In this document: one piece after another, positions 9,592-18,662 of the stretch
How positions within the stretch are numbered: the first letter of the stretch is position 1
Layout: every line of letters begins with the position of its first letter
Source: Candidatus Nanoarchaeia archaeon
GTDB taxonomy: Archaea; Nanobdellota; Nanobdellia; Pacearchaeales; GW2011-AR1
DNA: 64,000 bases
NCBI GenBank assembly: GCA_035548435.1
Contig: DASZSY010000036.1
Coordinates: 1,262 to 65,261 of the forward strand
Reading direction: 5' to 3'
Notes under the pieces: model-generated
Databases searched by the model: none
What the model was told of the DNA's origin: nothing
Seen by the model: the letters and a program-made list of their open reading frames with translations, nothing else
Position numbers and translations under genes: made by a program

Positions 9592-10593
9592 ATGCACATA
9601 ATTGAAGAAAAACTACTACTTGATATAGAATCTGCAAAATCTAGATTGGACAGAAAAAGGTTAGATGATTTTGTTAGGGAGATGTTTAAATGCTTGTCTA
9701 GAGAAACTATGGAAAATGCTACTATTCAAGATGCAGATAATGCTAGAAGAAAGTCAGAAGTTTTCGCAAATTTTGAGATTGCATGGGATTATGGTACCCG
9801 AAACTTCAAAGAACCGGTAGATTTTGCTTATTTAGGCGATGTTGCTGGAAGAGTTGAACCAGGTTTATGTGCTCCAGGACAACACTATGCAAGTTTTCGT
9901 AATGGTTCTGCAACTTGTTTTGCAGGTTATTTACCTCCTGCTGATGAATCTAGAGTCAGAGAACATCTAGCTAGATCTCTTGATGTTTTGGAAAGTCAAG
10001 ATTGGCATCCTATTGAAAAAGCAGTTTTCTTGAATTTTCACATAACAAGAATTCAACCATTCCAAAATGGAAATAAAAGAACTGCAAATATAGTAACAAA
10101 TGCTACTTTAAAAAATAATGATTTTTTCCCAATTTCTATAAGTCAAAAGAACAAATCTCGTTATCAAGGATACTTGGCAGGTGCACTTAAAGACTTTGAA
10201 AACATGGGCGCAACTGTAGACGATCCTCTCCAACCTTATAAGTTTCCGGGCTTTGGTCAAAGACAATTTTACGATTTTCTTGCTAGAATAGAACTGTCTG
10301 AATTAAAGTGCGCAGAGGATAAATTATCAGGTTTATCTCATTACACTTTATCTTTCAATAATGCTCCAATAAATACTTTGTATGGAGTAAAGCATCATGT
10401 TAGAAATTGGCTTCAAGGACATAACATGTTACATCAGGTTAGATTAGATGTTGCTAGAAAGGAAATTACCGTTGCTGGAGATATTCCTCTTCATTCTTTA
10501 GAAATTGCAGTGGGAAAAATAAAAGGAATTGGTAAATATGAGATTAAGCCGTATAAACCTGCGAATGGTTCTTCAGGTCCCTTTAGTGTATAA
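9592..10593 (+). CDS. Fic/Doc-fold protein with a degenerate active-site motif (QPFQNGNKRTAN instead of HPFx[DE]GNGRxxR)
   Basis: The motif region is encoded at about 10038-10090; the NGNKR core resembles Doc-type HxFx(D/N)(A/G)NKR, but the canonical catalytic His position is Gln. Confidence 0.55.
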   Translation: MHIIEEKLLLDIESAKSRLDRKRLDDFVREMFKCLSRETMENATIQDADNARRKSEVFANFEIAWDYGTRNFKEPVDFAYLGDVAGRVEPGLCAPGQHYASFRNGSATCFAGYLPPADESRVREHLARSLDVLESQDWHPIEKAVFLNFHITRIQPFQNGNKRTANIVTNATLKNNDFFPISISQKNKSRYQGYLAGALKDFENMGATVDDPLQPYKFPGFGQRQFYDFLARIELSELKCAEDKLSGLSHYTLSFNNAPINTLYGVKHHVRNWLQGHNMLHQVRLDVARKEITVAGDIPLHSLEIAVGKIKGIGKYEIKPYKPANGSSGPFSV

Positions 10594-10594
10594 A

Positions 10595-11197
10595 ATGACA
10601 ACTAAAAAATGTAAGGGGCACAATTTTCTCGATGGGTATTATTCTACACAGAGGGGCTTAGCAGATTATTCAAGAGTTCATCAATTGGATTTTATTAGAC
10701 TTATAGAAGAAGCTAAATTGCAAGAAGGCACAGTAGTTGATTTGGGATGTGGTAATGCAAATTTTTTGGCTGATTTAAAGAAACTATTCCCAAATATGAA
10801 AGTTTATGGAGTTGACAAAGTACAGTATGAATCCAGACTTTCCGAGGATGAATTAATACAAGCAGATATCTCTAGAGGCGTTAAATGTCTAGATAGTGAA
10901 ATTGCAGACCTCGTTGTTAGCACTACTTTAGTGCAATGGTTGCCTGCAGACTCGGTGGACCCTTTTTATGTTGAAGTAAATCGTTTAATGAAAAAAGAAG
11001 GAAGAGGAATAGTTTTTCCTTTAGCTTCTAAAGAAGTATCTGAAGAAAGGGGAAGGTATTTTGTTAACGGATTAGAGTTTGAGAGACCAGTAAATATTAG
11101 AAAGATTAAGTTACCTGAAACTTTAGATGGTAAACTAGCTTCAGCATATCAGGTTTTATTTGGAGATTTTAGCGGCTTTCTAGACCTACATAATTAG
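10595..11197 (+). CDS. class I SAM-dependent methyltransferase
   Basis: VVDLGCGNANFLADL glycine-rich motif I; start at the ATG 1 nt after the Fic-like stop. Confidence 0.6.
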   Translation: MTTKKCKGHNFLDGYYSTQRGLADYSRVHQLDFIRLIEEAKLQEGTVVDLGCGNANFLADLKKLFPNMKVYGVDKVQYESRLSEDELIQADISRGVKCLDSEIADLVVSTTLVQWLPADSVDPFYVEVNRLMKKEGRGIVFPLASKEVSEERGRYFVNGLEFERPVNIRKIKLPETLDGKLASAYQVLFGDFSGFLDLHN

Positions 11198-11444
11198 CTC
11201 TATTGAAAATATCGTTTATTTTTTCTTCACTGAAGTTGTAGGGATTTAATTTCAATAGGTGTTTTATTTCAGAATCACTAGGTTTTAATTCAGGTTCCAT
11301 CCAATAAAATTCTCTCATATCTATTCCTTTTCTTTGAAATCCTTCTAATAGTGCACTTATTTCAGAATCATTCTCCCTATGTTTTAAGTAAAATGTTATA
11401 AAATCTAAGGTAAACTGTTCTGTTGGTTTTCTTAACAGAGACAT
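11169..11444 (-). CDS. hypothetical small protein (91 aa), convergent with and slightly overlapping the methyltransferase 3' end
   Basis: ORF only; no recognisable motif. Confidence 0.3.
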   Translation of the reverse strand: MSLLRKPTEQFTLDFITFYLKHRENDSEISALLEGFQRKGIDMREFYWMEPELKPSDSEIKHLLKLNPYNFSEEKINDIFNRANYVGLESR

Positions 11445-11534
11445 AAGGTTATATGGTGCCCAACTATATATTCTTTGTTGTGTTTTATTTTAAATTACCG
11501 CAACCTTTAATACCTCTAGCTTGTATTTTTTTGT

Positions 11535-12983
11535 ATGGACTATAGTAAGATAGGACTTAAAGCTGGAATTGAAATACATCAGCAGTTGGAAACAAGTGAA
11601 AAGCTTTTTTCTCATGCTCCTAGTTACTTAAGAAATGAAAAAGCAGATTATATTGTGCAAAGAAAACTACACAAAGTAGCTGGAGAACAGGGACAGGTTG
11701 ACGCAGCTGTTAAACATGAGGCCGAGCAAGACAGAGAATTTCATTATGAAGGATATAATGACACAGTTTCTCTTGTGGAACTAGACGAAGAGCCACCATA
11801 TATGGTAAATCAAGAAGCTTTGGAAGAATGTTTGAAAGTTGCACTGCTTTTGAATTGTGAAATTTATCAAAACACGCAAATAATGAGAAAGACGGTTATT
11901 GACGGAAGCAACACTTCTGGCTTTCAGAGAACTGTTCTAATAGGCCACGATGGATACGTTGAAACAAGTTTTGGTAAGGTAAGAATAGATACTGTTGTTT
12001 TAGAAGAAGACAGCGCTAGAATAATAAGCAAAGATGAAAGAAAGGCAGTTTACAGACTTGATAGACTTGGAATTCCATTAATTGAAATTGCTACTGCTCC
12101 TGATATGAACACTCCAGAGCAAATAAAAGAAACTGCATTAAAGATAGGAGAAATACTAAGAGCCTGTAATGTTAAAAGAGGACTTGGAACAATAAGACAG
12201 GACGTTAACGTTTCTATAAAAGGACATGACAGAGTAGAAATAAAGGGATTTCAAGATCCTAAGATGATGATTGAAACTGTAAATAAGGAAATCTTAAGAC
12301 AACAAAAAGATATTTCCGAAGGAAAAGTTAAAGGAGAAGTGCGTGGAGCATTGGAAACAGGAGAAACTGAATTTTTAAGACCTATGCCTGGAAAAGCAAG
12401 AATGTATCCTGAGACAGATTTACCTTTACTTTATGTTTCTCTTGATTTAATAAATAAATTAAAGAAAAATCTTCCTAAATTAAAGCAGGAAATAAAAGTT
12501 GAATTAAAGAAGAAAGGTTTGAATGATGAAATGATTAAACTTGTTTTGGAAGATGGAGTTGATGAGTTTGAGACATTACTTAACGTATATGACAAAGATG
12601 CTAATCTTGTTGCTAAAATGATAACTTTATGGAGACAAGAATTTTCAAGCAAAACAAAGAAGAATTTGGATGAAGTAAAACAAATACTAAATGAAAAAAT
12701 ACTGGAAAAAATACTTGAAAACTTAGCTACTGGAAAAATAAGCGATGGAGATGTTAAGACAATAATGCTTAAGGTCTTGGAAGGAAAGAATGTAGAAGAT
12801 GCTTTGAAAGTTGAAAAAAGCGATGATAATACACTTGAACATGGAATAAGAGAAATTGTTAAAGAAAAACCTGGACTAAGAGCAAATGCTTATATGGGGC
12901 TTGTAATTGCAAAGTTTGGAGCAAGCGTTGATAAAAGAAAAGCAATGGAAATCTTAAACAAAGTTGTGGGGGACGGGAAATGA
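11535..12983 (+). CDS. gatE: Glu-tRNA(Gln) amidotransferase subunit E (GatE), compact form
   Basis: GIEIHQQL N-terminus and RPMPGKARMYPETDLP motif (GatE-specific versus GatB EDYRY); only 482 aa, so it lacks most of the canonical GatE insertion. Confidence 0.7.
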   Translation: MDYSKIGLKAGIEIHQQLETSEKLFSHAPSYLRNEKADYIVQRKLHKVAGEQGQVDAAVKHEAEQDREFHYEGYNDTVSLVELDEEPPYMVNQEALEECLKVALLLNCEIYQNTQIMRKTVIDGSNTSGFQRTVLIGHDGYVETSFGKVRIDTVVLEEDSARIISKDERKAVYRLDRLGIPLIEIATAPDMNTPEQIKETALKIGEILRACNVKRGLGTIRQDVNVSIKGHDRVEIKGFQDPKMMIETVNKEILRQQKDISEGKVKGEVRGALETGETEFLRPMPGKARMYPETDLPLLYVSLDLINKLKKNLPKLKQEIKVELKKKGLNDEMIKLVLEDGVDEFETLLNVYDKDANLVAKMITLWRQEFSSKTKKNLDEVKQILNEKILEKILENLATGKISDGDVKTIMLKVLEGKNVEDALKVEKSDDNTLEHGIREIVKEKPGLRANAYMGLVIAKFGASVDKRKAMEILNKVVGDGK

Positions 12984-13234
12984 ACAAAACTTTAGTGGCA
13001 ATTGGAATGCTTGCACTTTTAGCATTTGGAGCAGGATTTTATGCTAAGGGAATTACGGGCAACGTTATTTTTGGGCAAAATGAGCAGAGTTATACTAAAG
13101 CCATATGCCATGAAAGCCAATGTTTAGATGTTTATGTTCAGTGTAATAATGGAAATCCTATAATTACTCCTATAACTCCATATACTCAAGTTAATACCAC
13201 TAAATTTAATATCACAAATGAGATAAAATGTTAG
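12980..13234 (+). CDS. small secreted protein (signal peptide plus about 60 aa)
   Basis: MNKTLVAIGMLALLAFGAGFYAKG signal-like N-terminus; start overlaps the gatE stop. Confidence 0.4.
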   Translation: MNKTLVAIGMLALLAFGAGFYAKGITGNVIFGQNEQSYTKAICHESQCLDVYVQCNNGNPIITPITPYTQVNTTKFNITNEIKC

Positions 13235-13242
13235 GATAGGAT

Positions 13243-13304
13243 AAATGAAAACTATTTTCATTTATGAAAATCATTTTCAATAATGTTTAAATACTTGAAA
13301 GTAT
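13243..13304 (+). promoter_or_regulatory. array of three palindromes flanking the TATA box (TTTAAATA at 13286-13293) of the 13320 gene
   Basis: AAATGAAAA-CTA-TTTTCATTT at 13243-13263; TGAAAAT-C-ATTTTCA at 13265-13279; ATACTT-GA-AAGTAT at 13291-13304; repeated TGAAAA/TTTTCA half-sites. Confidence 0.5.
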
Positions 13305-13319
13305 TGGATTTTATACTCT

Positions 13320-13919
13320 ATGGGCCCTAATTGGTGTTCTGCAGCGGATGCGAAAATATTTTATTATAGGTGCAAGTATGAAGAAGATTATCTAGGAGTT
13401 GAATGGGTACATGGAGCAGATACTTTACCATTTGTTTTAAATCCTGAAGAAGTTCTTTCTAAAGTAGATTATGATTTTCATAATATAAGTAGAGAAGACT
13501 TGGCAGTTAGAGCTTCTTTTATTTTAATGCCTGATAGTGTTAGACTGAGAGTAAGAGAAGGACACGCTCTTCTTCCTCCTCCAGAAAATTTATCTGAAGA
13601 AGAGAAAGTTAGGCTTGCAAGTAGAGAACTTCTAAGATATAATATTGAGCAAAGAGATTGGATGCTACGTGGAAAGAAGTTTCTTGCTGAAAGAGAGCAT
13701 CACGATCCTGATGTAAATGAGTTTGTTAGAGATTACTTTGCAAATGGTAGCCCTGTTTTCTATAAGATAAGAGATGTAATGTTGCATCCTGAAAGATATG
13801 TTAGAAGAGATGTTCTTCCACTATCTGAAGTGTTGCATGGCGGAATGGGTATTCAAGAAAGACTTTATGGGTCTCCAAGATTGCCTGATTTAGAAGCTCA
13901 GCCACCCGTCGCAGCATAG
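13320..13919 (+). CDS. hypothetical protein (199 aa, Arg/Pro-rich), apparently tightly regulated
   Basis: ORF with TATA 27 nt upstream and operator-like palindromes; no recognisable domain. Confidence 0.5.
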   Translation: MGPNWCSAADAKIFYYRCKYEEDYLGVEWVHGADTLPFVLNPEEVLSKVDYDFHNISREDLAVRASFILMPDSVRLRVREGHALLPPPENLSEEEKVRLASRELLRYNIEQRDWMLRGKKFLAEREHHDPDVNEFVRDYFANGSPVFYKIRDVMLHPERYVRRDVLPLSEVLHGGMGIQERLYGSPRLPDLEAQPPVAA

Positions 13920-13949
13920 ATTTTTAACTTTCTTTTTACTAATGAGGAG

Positions 13950-14801
13950 ATGAAGATATTAGCTATTGGAGATTTTCATGGAAATTTTCCTAAATCTATA
14001 AAAGAAATAATAAAAAAAGAAAAAATTGATTTTGTCTTATCTAACGGAGATTTTTTTCCTTTTTGGTACAGAAAGCTTTGGTTTAAGCATTGTTATGCAA
14101 AAAATGTTAATCTTTGGGAAGTTATTGGTAAGAACAAATACAAAAATTTTATTTTGAAAGATTTGAAAATGGGGGAGAAAGCAATTAAGGCACTTAATGA
14201 GCTGCCTGTTCCAGTTTATACTGTTGTAGGTAATCTTGATTATGCGAGATTGAATGATAGTTTAGATTTAGATGAATATTATGAAGAACATGGAGGAAAA
14301 ATTGCACATTGGGATTGGGGTGAACAGGACTTTTTTAGCAAGATAATAAAGAAATACAAGAATATTAGGAGAATTGATTACAAATCTGCAAGATTTGGAA
14401 ATTTTGTTTTGATTGGAGCCTATGGGGGAACTAACCCTGGTGAGCCTGAAAGTGAAACTTTTAAGAAATATCAAAAAAAATTGGCAAACATTTTTTTGAA
14501 GAATCGCGGGAAAAAAATAATTTTTGTTTCACATAATGTTCCTAATAATACTAAACTTGACAAGATTGGGAAACATGCACATAAACTTGTAAGAGGAAAG
14601 CATTATGGGTCCATACTTGTGAAAAAAGCAATTATAAAATTCAAACCTTTAGTTCATATTGGAGGGCATATTCATGAAGGTCGTGGAACTCAAAAGGTTG
14701 GAAAGACTGTCTGTGTGAATCCGGGAGCTGTTCATGAAGGGCAAGGGTCAATTGTTGAAATTGTTGAGGATAAAGTCAAAGTAAGGATGATTAAAGTTTA
14801 A
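13950..14801 (+). CDS. calcineurin-like metallophosphoesterase
   Basis: GDFHGN, GNLDY and GGHIHEG metallophosphatase motifs; GGAG ribosome-binding site upstream. Confidence 0.7.
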   Translation: MKILAIGDFHGNFPKSIKEIIKKEKIDFVLSNGDFFPFWYRKLWFKHCYAKNVNLWEVIGKNKYKNFILKDLKMGEKAIKALNELPVPVYTVVGNLDYARLNDSLDLDEYYEEHGGKIAHWDWGEQDFFSKIIKKYKNIRRIDYKSARFGNFVLIGAYGGTNPGEPESETFKKYQKKLANIFLKNRGKKIIFVSHNVPNNTKLDKIGKHAHKLVRGKHYGSILVKKAIIKFKPLVHIGGHIHEGRGTQKVGKTVCVNPGAVHEGQGSIVEIVEDKVKVRMIKV

Positions 14802-14851
14802 TTTTTGTAGTAAATCTAAAGCTTTATTAAACTTGAAACATAAAGAAGAAT

Positions 14852-15088
14852 ATGTTCGACGAAATACAAAAGGATGCTATAAGAGTTCAGGCGCATGCAA
14901 TACTGCAGAGATTTAGTGAAAAACTTGCAGACGTTAAAACTGCAGATGTTGTTGAGAAGCCATCAAGCAGTGGAATGAGGCATAACGAAATAATTAAAAC
15001 TGCAGATTCTGACTTTAGAGAAATGATTTTTAAGAATGCAATAAAGAAAGATGAAAGTTTCATATATGGAGAGACAAAGAAATGGTAG
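14852..15088 (+). CDS. gatC: putative Asp/Glu-tRNA amidotransferase subunit C (GatC), short form
   Basis: ILQRFSEKLADVKTADVVEKP and MRHNE...FKNAIKKDESFI resemble the conserved GatC core (ILxFxExLNEVDTxxVEP ... MREDE ... NAP); lies 2 genes upstream of gatA. Confidence 0.35.
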   Translation: MFDEIQKDAIRVQAHAILQRFSEKLADVKTADVVEKPSSSGMRHNEIIKTADSDFREMIFKNAIKKDESFIYGETKKW

Positions 15089-15639
15089 TAAAAAAGAAGC
15101 AAGCTAAGGAAGTTAAGAAATCTAAGCCTTCAAAGGTAGTTAAACCTTCAAAGGTCTTGACAAAGAAAGCCCAGAAGGAAGAGGAAGAAGAGCATAGCGG
15201 AGGAGCCAGCTTAGATGATGCTTTCGGTGATGATGAAGATGTTTCCTATGCAGAAGCAAAGCCTAAAAAAGAAAAGAAAAAGAAAGTGGATGAAGATGAA
15301 GAGCTTGATGATGAAGTTGAAGATGAACTTGATGAAATACAACATGCTGAAAATTCTGTTGAGAGAGGAGAAATAGAAATCAATCAATCAAAGCCAGTTT
15401 CTAAAATAAAGAAGGGCGATAAGATAAAAATTGACGGAGTCGAGTATGAAGTTGATGCTCATTACGTTCTTATCGACCATGGAACAACAAAGGAAATGAC
15501 TATTGAAATTTTTGATCCTAAGAGAGATAAAGATTTCCAACTTAGATATTTTGACGATCAACTTGAAGCAACTCTTGACTTGTATGAACTACAAGAAATT
15601 CTTTATATCAAGAGGGCTTTCAAGAAAGTAGAATGGTAA
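15082..15639 (+). CDS. Lys/Glu-rich low-complexity protein with a conserved-looking C-terminal domain, embedded between gatC-like and gatA
   Basis: Overlaps both neighbours by 7 nt (operon-like); KKEKKKK / DEDEELDDEVEDELDE tracts; C-terminal roughly 90 aa not low-complexity. Confidence 0.45.
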   Translation: MVVKKKQAKEVKKSKPSKVVKPSKVLTKKAQKEEEEEHSGGASLDDAFGDDEDVSYAEAKPKKEKKKKVDEDEELDDEVEDELDEIQHAENSVERGEIEINQSKPVSKIKKGDKIKIDGVEYEVDAHYVLIDHGTTKEMTIEIFDPKRDKDFQLRYFDDQLEATLDLYELQEILYIKRAFKKVEW

Positions 15640-16943
15640 TCGGACCAATTGAGCAAAAGGCAGCTACTCTTATGCAGAAAATAAGAAATGAGAATAAGAA
15701 GCTGAACATTCTTTTACAAGTTAACGATAAGCTGATTGAACAGGCTGCAGCACTGGATGCTAAAAAGGCAAAGGGCAAGCTTGCTGGAAAGTTTATTGTT
15801 GTTAAAAGTAATATAATGGTTAAAGGAATGATTGCAAATTGTGCTTCTAAGACTGTTGAAAACTTTGTTTGTCCTTATGATGCTACAGTAATTGAAAAAA
15901 TAAAAGCAGAAGACGGACTTATTGTTGGAATGGCGAACATGGATGAGTTTGCATGTGGAGGAAGCGGAGAGAACAGTGCATACGGAGCTACAGAAAACCC
16001 TGCCGCCTTAGGATATATTCCTGGAGGTTCAAGTTCTGGAAGCGTTGCAGCTGTTGCAGCTGGATTCTGTGATATTTCTCTTGGAAGCGATACCGGGGGA
16101 AGTATAAGAAATCCTGCAAGTCATTGTGGAGTTGTTGGACTAAAACCAAGCTATGGATGCGTTAGTAGATATGGACTGGTTGATTTGGCCATGTCTTTAG
16201 ACCAGATAGGGCCAGTTTCAAAGAACGTAGGAGATGTTTTTCTTTTACTTGATATAATAAAAGGAAAGGACCCAAGGGATCCTACAACTCTTGATTTTGT
16301 TTCTCATTCTTCTCCTTTGAATAATGCAAGAATAGGAATTTTGAGGATAAACGGAGTTGACTCTAAAATACAGAAGATGATTGATGTGCAAGTTAAAAAC
16401 TTACATAAAATATATGGATGGCAAGTTAAGGAAGTTAACATTGATGCAATAGACTTGGCAGTTGAGGCATATTATCCATTAGTTTATTCTGAATGTTTTT
16501 CTTCAACAAGAAAATTTGATGGAAGAAGATATGGACTAAATATAAACGAATCTGCTGGGCCAGAATTACTTCGAAGAATGATTGGAGGAAGTGAAATAAC
16601 TGAGGCTGAACATGCTGGAGCTTACTATCAGAAGGCACTAGAAGTTAAAAGATACATAAAAAAACAGTTTGAAGAGGTTTTCAAGAGCTTTGATGCAATT
16701 ATCTTACCTACTTGCCCTGGACTTCCTTGGAAAATAGGAGAAAAAATGAAAGTTGAAGAAGTTTATGCATATGATGCCTGTACAATTCCTGCAAACTTGG
16801 CTGGAATTTGCGCCATATCTATTCCTCTAGGAACCTTAAACAAAATTCCTGTAGGTATGCAGATATTCTGTAAATCTGGAGATGAAACAAAACTTCGCAC
16901 AATATCCGAATTGACCTCTAAATTAGCACCATTATCTTTATAA
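15633..16943 (+). CDS. gatA: Asp/Glu-tRNA amidotransferase subunit A (GatA), amidase-signature family
   Basis: GGSSSGSVAAVAAGFCDISLGSDTGGSIRNPASHCGVVGLKPSYG amidase signature; GatA-like N-terminus. Confidence 0.85.
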   Translation: MVIGPIEQKAATLMQKIRNENKKLNILLQVNDKLIEQAAALDAKKAKGKLAGKFIVVKSNIMVKGMIANCASKTVENFVCPYDATVIEKIKAEDGLIVGMANMDEFACGGSGENSAYGATENPAALGYIPGGSSSGSVAAVAAGFCDISLGSDTGGSIRNPASHCGVVGLKPSYGCVSRYGLVDLAMSLDQIGPVSKNVGDVFLLLDIIKGKDPRDPTTLDFVSHSSPLNNARIGILRINGVDSKIQKMIDVQVKNLHKIYGWQVKEVNIDAIDLAVEAYYPLVYSECFSSTRKFDGRRYGLNINESAGPELLRRMIGGSEITEAEHAGAYYQKALEVKRYIKKQFEEVFKSFDAIILPTCPGLPWKIGEKMKVEEVYAYDACTIPANLAGICAISIPLGTLNKIPVGMQIFCKSGDETKLRTISELTSKLAPLSL

Positions 16944-16965
16944 CAAACGAAAAGTTATCTTACAT

Positions 16966-17637
16966 ATGCGCTTTCAAGATATAGACATTGCATTTTTAGG
17001 ACATTCAGGTTTTTTGATTACCACTGATAAGGGTAAGAGGATTGCAATAGATCCATATGAAGTGTCTTCTAATTTGGGAAAGGTAGACATTCTTTTGATA
17101 ACTCATAGCCATTATGACCATTGTAGTTTTCCAGCAATACAATCTTTAGCTAAACCTGAAACCATAATAATTGCTACGGCAGACTCTCAAAGTAAAATAG
17201 CAAAGCTTGAGAAGGCAGATATGCAAATAATAGAGTCTGGAGACGAGTTTGACTTTGAAGATTTGAAGATTGAGGCAGTTCCTGCTTACAATCTTGAAAA
17301 GCCGCACCATCCTAAGAAGGAAGGAGGGGTAGGTTTTGTTATAAAGATAGGTAAACAGATTATTTATCATGCAGGAGACACAGATAATATTCCAGAAATG
17401 CAAAAGCTTACTGGATATAGCAAACATGACAACCATTTCTTGATTTTATTGCCTGTTTCTGGAGAAACAGTAATGGATGTAGAACAAGCAGTTGAGGTTG
17501 CTGATATGCTAAAACCTGATTTGGCAGTTCCAATGCATTACGGTGCAGGAGTTGTGGGTAATATTGAGCAGGCAAAGAAATTTGTTGAAATGTGTGTTGA
17601 GAAAGGAATAAGAGCAGAGGTAATGGATAAAATATGA
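16966..17637 (+). CDS. metallo-beta-lactamase-fold hydrolase
   Basis: LLITHSHYDHCS (HxHxDH) motif. Confidence 0.7.
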   Translation: MRFQDIDIAFLGHSGFLITTDKGKRIAIDPYEVSSNLGKVDILLITHSHYDHCSFPAIQSLAKPETIIIATADSQSKIAKLEKADMQIIESGDEFDFEDLKIEAVPAYNLEKPHHPKKEGGVGFVIKIGKQIIYHAGDTDNIPEMQKLTGYSKHDNHFLILLPVSGETVMDVEQAVEVADMLKPDLAVPMHYGAGVVGNIEQAKKFVEMCVEKGIRAEVMDKI

Positions 17638-18662
17638 GTATAGAATTTGTTATTGGAGATAGGAAAAGATTTTCTAACTTTATTTCAGGCATAGGAAAGG
17701 GAAGAATGGCCTTGATAAGTCATACTGACTGTGACGGAATTGCTTCTGCAAGGGTTGTGGACATAGCTTTGCAGCCAGATGAGGTTTTCTTTGTGGATTA
17801 TAAGGACTTAAACCAAGATTTTCTAAATAAAATTACTAAAGAGAACTTTGAAAGCGTTGTAATAACTGATTTGTTCTTTAAGAGCAAAGATGACTTGAAA
17901 GAATTAAGTAAAAAGTCAAAAGTTCTTATTATTGACCATCATAGCCCGGATGTTGACTTAAATTCAGAGAATATAGTTCATTTGAACTCCCAAGGGCATT
18001 GCGCAGCCATGATTGCGTATGAACTTTTCTCTAAAGTTACAAATTTAAAAGGTCTTGATTGGCTTGTGGCATGTGCATGTGCTGCAGATTGGCTTGTTGT
18101 TAACGACGCCGAGTTTCTAACTGAGGTTTATATGAAATATGGTGATAAATTCGAAATTATCGACGGAGAATTAAGAAAAACAGGACAAATATGGCAATGG
18201 AGTAGTGATATTTCATCTGGACTTGCTTATTTTAGAGGATTAAATTTGAAAGAAGGATACAAAGAGATTGGAAATAATCCCGGAGACTTTGGAAATTTTG
18301 CGAGGGCAGTGAAATTAGTTAATCAAGAAATAGATGAATTTAGAAAAAAATTTCAAAAAGAAAAAAAAGAAATTCCAAATGGATATTTTTTTGAATTAAA
18401 TCCAAAATATGAAATAAAAGGAATGCTAATAAGTGAATTATCATCACTAGAAAAAAATAAAACTTTAATTTTTGCAACTCCTTCAAAAGATAAAATTTTA
18501 TTGTCTTCCCGTCGACAAGATGGACTTGTGGACTTGAATAAATTTATGTTTGAAGCAACGGAGGGTATTGGAAGTGGTGGTGGACACAAAAGAGCAGCAG
18601 GTGGTTTTGTTAAAATTGAAAATTATTCTGAATTTAAGAAAAGAATTGGATTGAAAGACTGA
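17634..18662 (+). CDS. DHH/DHHA1 phosphoesterase (RecJ/NrnA-like)
   Basis: DCDGIAS (DHH motif I), IIDHH (motif III), C-terminal GGGHKRAAG (DHHA1). Confidence 0.7.
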   Translation: MSIEFVIGDRKRFSNFISGIGKGRMALISHTDCDGIASARVVDIALQPDEVFFVDYKDLNQDFLNKITKENFESVVITDLFFKSKDDLKELSKKSKVLIIDHHSPDVDLNSENIVHLNSQGHCAAMIAYELFSKVTNLKGLDWLVACACAADWLVVNDAEFLTEVYMKYGDKFEIIDGELRKTGQIWQWSSDISSGLAYFRGLNLKEGYKEIGNNPGDFGNFARAVKLVNQEIDEFRKKFQKEKKEIPNGYFFELNPKYEIKGMLISELSSLEKNKTLIFATPSKDKILLSSRRQDGLVDLNKFMFEATEGIGSGGGHKRAAGGFVKIENYSEFKKRIGLKD

